From positions 80,394 through 144,393 of the forward strand of contig JBMNJO010000025.1 of the NCBI GenBank assembly GCA_050951725.1: 64,000 nt of DNA. Reading direction: 5' to 3'. The notes under the pieces were generated by a model. The model did not search any database. It saw only the letters and a list, made by a program, of their open reading frames with translations, and had not been told where the DNA came from. The position numbers and the translations under genes are program-made. The stretch is from Syntrophomonadales bacterium (lineage in GTDB: Bacteria; Bacillota; Syntrophomonadia; Syntrophomonadales; DTU052). Shown here in pieces: positions 56,679 through 64,000 of the stretch (positions are counted from its first letter, which is position 1; the number at the start of each line of letters is the position of its first letter).

Positions 56679-58366
56679 TTAAGCCTGCTTCATCTTTGCC
56701 AGTTCTTCATCCCGCAGTACCCGGCGCAGGGCTTTGCCCACGGCTGAGCGGGGGAGTTCGTTCCGGAACTCAACTGCCCGAGGTACCTTGTAAGGTGCCA
56801 GTATCTCCTTACAATAATCTATGATCTCTTCAGCAGTAGCAGTGACCCCTTCTTCCAGCATGACAAAGACCTTGGGGATCTCACCCCGGTACTCGTCAGG
56901 AATCCCGATGGTGATGACATCCTTAACCTTGGGATGCTGCAGCACGGCCTCATCTATTTCGCGGGGATAGATGTTGTAGCCCCCTGATATGATGAGGTCC
57001 TTGGTCCGGTCCACGATAAAGATATAGCCATCCTCGTCCTGGTAGGCCACATCGCCGGTATTGAGGTATCCATCCTTATCAATCATCTTCGCTGTTTCCT
57101 CGGGTTCGTTCCAGTAGCCTTTCATGATGAGGTTCGATTTAATGTGGATCTCGCCCGTTTGGCCCTGCGGAACTTCCTGAGGCCGGTGGCCGGGTCTACG
57201 ATCTTTACGTCGGTGTCGACCAGGGGCAGGCCGATGCTTAAGGGCTTCTTGACCCCCATATAGGGATTGTTTATTCCCAAGGAGGTGACCTCACTCATCC
57301 CCCAGCCCTCAACGATAAATATATTCAGGTCATTGGCCTTTTTGATCAGGGCGGCCGGCAGCGGAGCCCCGCCGCTGTTCATGATCCCTACGATTTGTCC
57401 CAGTTCCTTGGCCCGCGGGTGGTTGACCAGGGCCGTGATCATGGTGGGAACCGCTGGGAAGTAGGGGATATCGCCGATCCGGGCTACGGTGTCCATCACC
57501 TCGTCCACATTGAAGCTGCTCAGTATTATCTGGGTGGCGCGGCAGACTACCGAAAAGCAGTTGGCACAGATCTCCCCGTAAACATGGAAGTAAGGAAGTA
57601 CCCCCATGAAGTTGCGCCGGGGAACCGGGTACATATCGATAATGGGCTTCAGCCACTCGTTATAGGTGTAGGTGGAACAGACCATGTTGCGATGGGTGAG
57701 AACCGCACCCTTAGGAGTGCCGGTGGTTCCGCCGGTAAACTGGATCACCGCCGGGTCGTCCTGTTTGATGGGCAGAGCGGGGGCTGCTTCATTGTCACAG
57801 GCGGCAATAAACTCGGAGAAATGATGCCAGCCGGGTTCCAGGCCCAGACTCTGGGAGGTGCTCAACTCAGTATCCTTCATGTAATCGGAGAGTTTGGTGA
57901 CCAGTATGAAACTGATGTCGGTTTCCTGGGATAAGGCCTTGACGGTCGGTATAACCACGTCATAAGTAATCAGACCGGATATTCCTAACTTGTCTACAAT
58001 AACTTTAAGCTCGTCCTTGGTGTACATGGGGTTCAGGTTGACGGCAATGGCTCCGGTGTGCAGCAAGGCCCAAAAAGCAATTACAAACTGGGGGGAGTTC
58101 GCCAGGAGGAGACCGATCCGGTCGCCTTTTTTGACTCCCGCTTCAATCATGGCATTGGCCAGGCGATGAACCTGAAGTTGCAGGTTCCAGTAACTGATTC
58201 TGTTTCCATAGTAATCGATGGCTGCCTTGTGCGGCTCTATGTTGGCCGAAATCCTTAGAATCTCATAGGCGGGGAAACGGGGCCAAGTCAGGGTAGGCCT
58301 AACATCGTGATCATAATTCTTAATCCACCAGCGGCGCTCCAGATCAGGGAATTGTGAATTGGCCAT
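56679..58366 (-). pseudogene. acyl-CoA synthetase (paralog of 411..2093) split by a 1-nt frameshift
   Basis: ORFs 57122..58384 and 56679..57125. The first frame gives DPATGLRKFRRAKRA. The other frame gives QEVPQGQTGEIHIKSNLIMKGYWNEPEE, collinear with paralog 1 (LQDVPLGERGEIWIKG). One base is missing near plus-strand 57179-57182. Confidence 0.85.
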
Positions 58367-58786
58367 CAATATACCTCCATCCATACTGTTTATAATATTC
58401 TAAATTGAGTATATATTTTTAACCGGGTAGGTTCAACCACTGATTGTTGGGTGTAAGCATTGCAGTACGTTAAAAGACTGTATCAATCAAAGAGCGAACA
58501 GGGAGGTTTTGTTATGTCAATAAATCCTTTAATATCAATTCCCGCAAACGATATAATATCGTAAACAAGGCTGCTGGCTGTTGATTGCCTAAAGGGTCAG
58601 CATAAGATGAGGAGATAGGGTAGCAGACGGAGTGATCGCCGGTTATTAAGAATAAACCGACCGGTGTAACATCTGACAATAATCGGTGTCTGAATTGGGA
58701 GAGGAAATGGACCAGCCCTTTCTTAGTAATGTGCCGTGTTGTGAACATCGTTAACAGCTCTGCCTGACTGAAAGGAGTTATCCAAG

Positions 58787-59572
58787 ATGATTGGTACGAT
58801 TTGCGGTGATTTCATCGGTTCGGTTTTTGAATGGCATAATCACAAATCCAAAGAGTTTGAGCTATTTTCTCATAGATCCCGCTTTACTGATGATTCGGTG
58901 ATGACCATCGCCACCATGGATGCGCTGCTCAATGATCTGGACTTTGGCTTCTGCTACCGCAAGTGGTACCGGAGGTACCCGAATGCCGGCTATGGCGGCA
59001 GTTTCCGGGAGTGGGCCGCGGATGATATCAGCCTGCCTTATAATAGCTGGGGCAATGGGTCAGCAATGCGGATAAGTCCGGTGGGGTGCTTTTATGACTC
59101 GCTGGATATGGTATTGACCAAGGCCCGGGAAAGTGCGGAGGTATCCCATAACCACCCGGAGGGGATAAAGGGGGCCCAGGCAACCGCGGCCTGTGTTTTC
59201 TGGGCCCTGCAGGGTGAGAGCCAGGCTTCGATAAAGGCGCTGGTAGAAGGGAAGTTCGGATATGACCTGAACTTTTCCCTGGACAAAATCCGGGATGGGT
59301 ATGAATTCGATGTTTCCTGCCAGGGGAGCGTTCCCCAGGCGATCGTTGCATTTCTGGAGTCAACCGATTACGAGGATGCAATCCGCAACGCCATTTCTAT
59401 TGGTGGTGACAGCGATACCATCGCGGCTATTGCCGGGGGCATTGCGGAGGCCTTCTATAGGGAGATCCCTTCCTATATCAAGGACCGGGTGGTGAGTTCA
59501 CTTCCGTCCGAGTTCCGGGAAGTGATCGCCGCCTTCTATGCCTGCTGTGGATGGGAGGATATGCTCCCGTAG
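58787..59572 (+). CDS. ADP-ribosylglycohydrolase family protein
   Basis: It has FTDDSVMTIA, WGNGSAMRISPVG and IGGDSDTIAAIAGGIAEAFY. Confidence 0.85.
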   Translation: MIGTICGDFIGSVFEWHNHKSKEFELFSHRSRFTDDSVMTIATMDALLNDLDFGFCYRKWYRRYPNAGYGGSFREWAADDISLPYNSWGNGSAMRISPVGCFYDSLDMVLTKARESAEVSHNHPEGIKGAQATAACVFWALQGESQASIKALVEGKFGYDLNFSLDKIRDGYEFDVSCQGSVPQAIVAFLESTDYEDAIRNAISIGGDSDTIAAIAGGIAEAFYREIPSYIKDRVVSSLPSEFREVIAAFYACCGWEDMLP

Positions 59573-59580
59573 GACATAAA

Positions 59581-59619
59581 ACAAGGCCCAGGGCAAAAAA
59601 CAGCGCCTCTGGGCCTTGT
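59581..59619. terminator. bidirectional hairpin between convergent genes
   Basis: ACAAGGCCCAG...CTGGGCCTTGT. Confidence 0.7.
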
Positions 59620-59661
59620 TTATATTGCAGGTGTCCACATCCAGTTTACAATGTCGGGAAC

Positions 59662-61296
59662 CTATTGCAGCAGTTCCAGGGCCCCCTGCGGTACATAAGT
59701 GGTGCCGACGCCGTCAAATACCACTACTCCTTCCAGTTCGGCGGCTGCTCCATTGACATAGGCGATATTGGTATGAACGGGCATTTTGATAATGGTCTCA
59801 CCCCTGGTTACTGTCAAGACCGGGTTTTTCTTATCTGTGGTGTCGAACTCAACCTTGGCACCCTGGGCCTCAAATGCTTTGCGGGCCGGGACAAACAGCT
59901 TCTTCGTGGTATCATCAAGGCTTAGGCCCATTAATATTTCCATGTAGCGGGCAATATCTGTGTTTTCGACGGTGCCGGTTAATTGATCAACGCCTCGCGG
60001 TGCGTATACATAGAGGGTGACGTCCTCACCGGTATGTCTTCCGGTGGTGAAACCGATGCCACAGTGCTGTGCCAGCATCGGACCTACGGTATATCCCAGA
60101 TAACCATAATAGGTGTTTTCTTTAACAGCCTCAATTTCATCACTGGTCAGGTTGGAGAGCCCGTAATACTTGGCCAGCACCTCAACGGCGTTATTGCGGT
60201 CGGGAGCCATCACCTTTTCCAGACCTTCCCCGGTCAGGGTGGCTTTTTTCAGAGGAGCTATGATGTCATTAAGCGGTATCTCATCATAGGTTGATGAAGT
60301 GGCCGAGTTACCGATAGAGATGCCACCGGTTCCATGATCAGTCGCGGCGATAACCACCGTTTCACCGTTCTGTTTGGCGAAGTCCAGGGCCACCCCTACC
60401 GCTTTATCAAAGGCCAGGCAGTCAGAGACAAGAGCAACCGGGTCATTGCTGTGGGCTGCCCAGTCGATCTTGCTTCCCTCGACCATCAGGAAAAAACCGT
60501 CCTCATCCTGGGAGAGCAGTTCGATGGCTTTTTTGGTCATTTCGGCCAGGGAGGGCTCTTGGGAGGCATCACGGTCAAGATCATAGGCCATAATTGAGGG
60601 TGCGAACATGCCCCACACCTTCCCGGAGGTTACCCGGTTCATCTCCGCCGAGGTATGTACTACCTGGTAGTCCTGTTTGATGACTGAATAGAGGTCATTG
60701 CCATCCGAACGCCCGGCGGGCTTAAAGTAATCTGTGCCTCCACCCAATACTACATCCACTCCCGAATAGGCTTGTTGTTTGGAGAGGATATCATAGGCCT
60801 TGCGGTCGGGATAATGAGCGGTAAATGTGGCCGGGGTGGCCTGCATGATTTCACAGGTGGCTACTACTCCCGTAGCTCGTCCGCTGAGTTTGGCGGCCTC
60901 CAGAATATTGGCTACCGGTCTGCGCCGCTTTGCGGGGTCCAGTTTCTCCAGTCCCGGCATGCTGTTAACATCAGGCAGAACCCCGATAAAGCCAGTATGG
61001 GTCTTGTAGCCGGTGGCCATGGCGCTGGACGCCGGAGCCGAATCGGCAATAGGTGCGTCAGAGGAATAGGTTCTGACCAAACCTGAAGCCATACTGTCGA
61101 GATTAAGATCTCCTCCATTGTACCAGCGGGCTAGTATAACCGCCGCAGTGCTCATACCATCCGGGATCATCAGGATCACATTTTTCACGGGCTTTTCCAC
61201 CCTGACCTCATCAATACCTACAGCAAATGAGGGTGCGGTCAAAGTAACCGTCAAGATGCAGGCCATAAGATAACATAACAGATGACTACGCTTCAT
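59662..61296 (-). CDS. secreted alkaline phosphatase with a C-terminal copper-amine-oxidase-like stalk domain
   Basis: It has a signal peptide, MIPDGMS, the active-site region DSAPASSAMATGYKT and a C-terminal VTRGETIIKMPVHTNIAYVNG. ATG 61296 lies 8 nt after AAAGGAG. Confidence 0.85.
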   Translation of the reverse strand: MKRSHLLCYLMACILTVTLTAPSFAVGIDEVRVEKPVKNVILMIPDGMSTAAVILARWYNGGDLNLDSMASGLVRTYSSDAPIADSAPASSAMATGYKTHTGFIGVLPDVNSMPGLEKLDPAKRRRPVANILEAAKLSGRATGVVATCEIMQATPATFTAHYPDRKAYDILSKQQAYSGVDVVLGGGTDYFKPAGRSDGNDLYSVIKQDYQVVHTSAEMNRVTSGKVWGMFAPSIMAYDLDRDASQEPSLAEMTKKAIELLSQDEDGFFLMVEGSKIDWAAHSNDPVALVSDCLAFDKAVGVALDFAKQNGETVVIAATDHGTGGISIGNSATSSTYDEIPLNDIIAPLKKATLTGEGLEKVMAPDRNNAVEVLAKYYGLSNLTSDEIEAVKENTYYGYLGYTVGPMLAQHCGIGFTTGRHTGEDVTLYVYAPRGVDQLTGTVENTDIARYMEILMGLSLDDTTKKLFVPARKAFEAQGAKVEFDTTDKKNPVLTVTRGETIIKMPVHTNIAYVNGAAAELEGVVVFDGVGTTYVPQGALELLQ

Positions 61297-61653
61297 ATAG
61301 ACCACTCCTTTCGGTTTCCTTCATATTGCGGGCGACAGCTTCCGTGGAAACCAGTATTTCATTATATTTCCTATAATTATACTCCAATTTAGCACAGAGA
61401 GATCAACCTGTTATATGTACCAAATTCACAACTTATCTGGAATATATTAATAGGTATCAGGGGTATCCACTCACTTTAACAACCTGTGATATTAGGATCT
61501 AACTATGGAAAAAGGCTGTCTCGCGGAAAAGCCCAGAGCATTTTGCAGGCTAAGGGATCAGCCGGTTGTATATCCACAACGCGTCTTATCGGCTCTGTTA
61601 AGGTTTTATGAAGTCCTTTGTACCGGCAGGCATTTTCCACTTGACCGGCATGG

Positions 61654-61692
61654 ATTACATCTGTAATATTAAAATAAGATTACATTTGTAGT
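61654..61692 (+). promoter_or_regulatory. two BlaI/MecI-type operator dyads
   Basis: ATTACATCTGTAAT (61654-61667) and ATTACATTTGTAGT (61679-61692) have TACA/TGTA half-sites. They lie directly upstream of the repressor gene. Confidence 0.7.
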
Positions 61693-61708
61693 CCACGGGG
61701 AGGTTCAC

Positions 61709-62083
61709 ATGGGCAAGGTACCACAGATATCGGAATCTGAATTAGAGGTGATGAAGGTCCTCTGGGAACTGGGGTCGGCCACCAGTTCACAGGTAGTGGA
61801 GAGGCTCCTTCCCCGCTCGGACTGGAAACCCAAGACCATTCAAACCCTGATCACCCGCCTGGTGGCTAAAGGGGCCATCAAGGCGGACCCGACCGAAGGC
61901 AAGGCCTTCCTCTATTCTCCCCTGGTCAGCGCCGAGGAGTACCGGGCCTATGCCAACAGTTCATTCCTAAAAAAGATGTATAACGGATCGGTGAACCTGA
62001 TGCTGGCCAGCTTTGTCAGGGAACAAAGGATATCCCGCGAACAGCTGGAGAAGCTGAAAAAACTGCTGGATGAGGAGGTGTAG
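61709..62083 (+). CDS. BlaI/MecI/CopY family transcriptional repressor
   Basis: ISESELEVMKVLWELGSATSSQVVERL...WKPKTIQTLITRLVAKGAI. Confidence 0.9.
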   Translation: MGKVPQISESELEVMKVLWELGSATSSQVVERLLPRSDWKPKTIQTLITRLVAKGAIKADPTEGKAFLYSPLVSAEEYRAYANSSFLKKMYNGSVNLMLASFVREQRISREQLEKLKKLLDEEV

Positions 62084-62085
62084 CG

Positions 62086-64000
62086 GTGGCTGATGTGTTG
62101 CACACCGTTTTGATGACCTCACTCTATGCCACGGTAGCAGGGCTGATCATTATACTACTGAAGGCGGTGTTGAAGAATCGGCTGAATCCTCAGTGGCATT
62201 ACCTCATCTGGATGGTGCTCATTCTGAAGTTGATTATGCCTTTTGGCCCGGCCAGTGCATTAAGCCTCTTTAACTTCGTGCCGGACGTTATCCCAGCGGA
62301 CAGCATGACGAATAATACATATCATGAGCAAGGGCCGGCAATAACCCCTCCAGTTACTGTCGGGTCATTAACTGAAGTACAGCCTATGCCGGTGTTCATC
62401 CCACCGAACCAGACAACACCCAATGCCCGGGATTTTCTGCCCTGGATCTGGATTGCGGGCATGGGCTTTATGGCCTTCTGGCTGGCTGTAACCTGCTATG
62501 CGCTTAACCGCAGGCTGTCCCGGGGCTGCCGGGAACCGGATGCCCGGTTGGCACATATTTTTGAATCCTGTAAGGCACAGATGGGAACCGGCGACCGCCT
62601 GACCCTGGTGGTGCAGGAAGCGGTGGAGACCCCTTCCCTTTTTGGCATCCTGCATCCCCGGATCCTCTTAACTCCAGCCACGGAAAGACTCTCTGACGAT
62701 GCTATCCGGTATATACTGCTGCATGAGATGGCCCACTACCGGCGCAAGGATGTGCTGGTGAACTATTTGCTGATCCTGCTGCAGATCGTACACTGGTTTA
62801 ACCCGGTAATCTGGTACTGTTTCAAGCGTATCCGGGAAGACATGGAGATGGCGACTGACCATTACGTGCTGTCGGTGCTGGATAACGCTGAGCACCGGAG
62901 TTACGGTCAGGCTCTCCTGACAGTCCTGGAGGGCTTCCCGTCAGCCAACCTCGCGCCCCGGCTGCTGGGTATGGTTGATGACCATAATAACATGGCGAGG
63001 AGGCTGAAGATGATTAAGATGGCGGAAATATTTAAAGGCCAGAGGAAGGCTATAGCCTTACTGGGGGTATTATGCGTAGCGATGCTGGGAGGCCTGCTGT
63101 TGACCAGCAGCCTTGACAAGGATCCGGCATCGGGGTCGATATCCTCCTACGATGCCGAAAAACTGCTGGAACACCGGACCCCGTATGTGGGAAACAACAG
63201 CAAGGTAGTGAATATTATCAGCCTGCTCCCCCTTTCCAGCTGGCGCCAGGAGGTCTCCCTGAAGACCGACGCTGCTCCTTACGGGGTAACCGTAAACTAT
63301 GATTTCCGCCAGACCGAACTGATCAGGGACCAGGTGCTGGGGACTCTTCGCAGTAATGCGGTAGTGATGTTCGCGTTGATTGAGAATGTAGAGTTGATCA
63401 CGTTTACCTGCCAGTTTTCCGGTGGGGCACCGGATCTAGTTGTGGTTACCAAGAGAGATGTTGAGAAGGAGTTCCCCCTCAAGCTGTGGGAGTACTCCAG
63501 GGATATCAGTACCTTCAAGGATTTCCTGAACAAACTCGACTTCCGGCTGTATGTTTTCCCCCAGCGATACACGCCGACGATGTCCAGTACCCCGGGTATC
63601 CGAATTCTTGCGGAGCGTATGGGGGAGGGCCACACTGTCAGTTATTCGGCCCAGAACGGGGTTCTGTTCACCGAGGGTGATACCGGCTTCACCAAAGGTG
63701 TGCGCAGCCTGAGAGTGCCATATGGTACTACCGTTTACTGGTCACCAATTGGCCAGGATGGTCAAGCGGCAACGGAACGCAACACAGCGGTGTACGTGGC
63801 TATATTGGATGAAAAGGGGAAGGAACTGAACACCAAAGAGGTGTTAATCACCCATAAGGGAGCGGGGTTTTATGAGGTGGCCGATTCCCTGGGTCTCGTG
63901 TTCGGAATCAGATCCAATCCTTTTCACCTGACTGATAACCTCGATGAAGCGGTAGCCAACGCGATCAAGTCCCGGAGCAATTCCTACAAGGACGGAGAAT
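62086..64000 (+). CDS. BlaR1/MecR1-like M56 peptidase sensor with a DUF4825-like C-terminal region (3' partial, runs off the window)
   Basis: This ORF is not in the ORF track because no stop occurs before the window end. GTG 62086 lies 7 nt after GAGGAGG. My manual translation gives an N-terminal TM region, HEMAH at 62722-62736, and later TPYVGNNSKVVNIISLLP. The stretches I translated (N-terminus, the HEMAH region, and 63121 to 64000) are stop-free; the intervening sequence is assumed open because the ORF track lists no plus-strand stop-bounded ORF in this frame. Confidence 0.8.
   Translation, partial: MADVLHTVLMTSLYATVAGLIIILLKAVLKNRLNPQWHYLIWMVLILKLIMPFGPASALSLFNFVPDVIPADSMTNNTYHEQGPAITPPVTVGSLTEVQPMPVFIPPNQTTPNARDFLPWIWIAGMGFMAFWLAVTCYALNRRLSRGCREPDARLAHIFESCKAQMGTGDRLTLVVQEAVETPSLFGILHPRILLTPATERLSDDAIRYILLHEMAHYRRKDVLVNYLLILLQIVHWFNPVIWYCFKRIREDMEMATDHYVLSVLDNAEHRSYGQALLTVLEGFPSANLAPRLLGMVDDHNNMARRLKMIKMAEIFKGQRKAIALLGVLCVAMLGGLLLTSSLDKDPASGSISSYDAEKLLEHRTPYVGNNSKVVNIISLLPLSSWRQEVSLKTDAAPYGVTVNYDFRQTELIRDQVLGTLRSNAVVMFALIENVELITFTCQFSGGAPDLVVVTKRDVEKEFPLKLWEYSRDISTFKDFLNKLDFRLYVFPQRYTPTMSSTPGIRILAERMGEGHTVSYSAQNGVLFTEGDTGFTKGVRSLRVPYGTTVYWSPIGQDGQAATERNTAVYVAILDEKGKELNTKEVLITHKGAGFYEVADSLGLVFGIRSNPFHLTDNLDEAVANAIKSRSNSYKDGE

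Noticed and set aside
58512-58748. A 78-aa minus-strand ORF and a possible riboswitch in the 400-nt region upstream of the ADP-ribosylglycohydrolase gene.
   Set aside because: The ORF has no SD or motifs. The plus-strand leader has one hairpin but no terminator or recognisable riboswitch core.

Overview
This is a 64-kb chromosomal window that looks like a Gram-positive anaerobe of the Clostridia. The hints are Peptococcaceae/Desulfotomaculum-like: copper-amine-oxidase-type stalk domains on exoenzymes, rubrerythrin/rubredoxin, AbfD-type dehydratases and sigma-54 control. That taxonomic guess is from gene content only. All calls come from reading the ORF translations and the DNA by eye; no searches or calculations were run.

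Layout:
- 0.3-9.6 kb: a beta-oxidation-like cluster with acyl-CoA synthetase, FadN-type dehydrogenase/hydratase, a frameshifted thiolase, acyl-CoA dehydrogenase and a 4-hydroxybutyryl-CoA-dehydratase-like enzyme. At least one good sigma-54 promoter precedes it.
- 10-16 kb: arsC and a sigma-54 enhancer-binding protein. A heptamer array and a near-consensus sigma-54 promoter follow, facing an McrB-N/DUF3578-like gene.
- 16.5-21.1 kb: a housekeeping block, cheW-acpS-nnr-alr-mazEF.
- 21-31 kb: amidotransferase/DUF362/amidohydrolase genes, a frameshifted ABC ATPase plus permease, a Nif11-type leader peptide gene and a secreted M3 peptidase.
- 31-39 kb: RidA lipoprotein, cardiolipin synthase, a second acyl-CoA synthetase, a second AbfD paralog, a GDPD and rubrerythrin.
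- 39.5-50 kb: an accessory island. It holds a MITE-like element, a rubredoxin/CDGSH fusion, an HD hydrolase and a DUF4145/RNase-H-like gene. Its core is a tightly coupled three-gene operon (unknown protein, single-HKD PLD nuclease, 1100-aa SNF2-like helicase) with no methyltransferase. This operon is my best candidate for an undescribed defence system. A decayed macro-domain gene follows it.
- 50-64 kb: an acyl-CoA dehydrogenase-like gene, a DnaD/DnaC replication-module remnant, a frameshifted HD-GYP gene, VanZ, a frameshifted acyl-CoA synthetase, ADP-ribosylglycohydrolase, alkaline phosphatase and blaI/blaR1 (running off the window end).

Two cross-cutting observations stand out. Five genes carry single-base frameshifts at short homopolymer runs. 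A GGGGACWGTCCCC-core palindrome family recurs in intergenic regions. I saw no rRNA genes, tRNA genes or CRISPR arrays.
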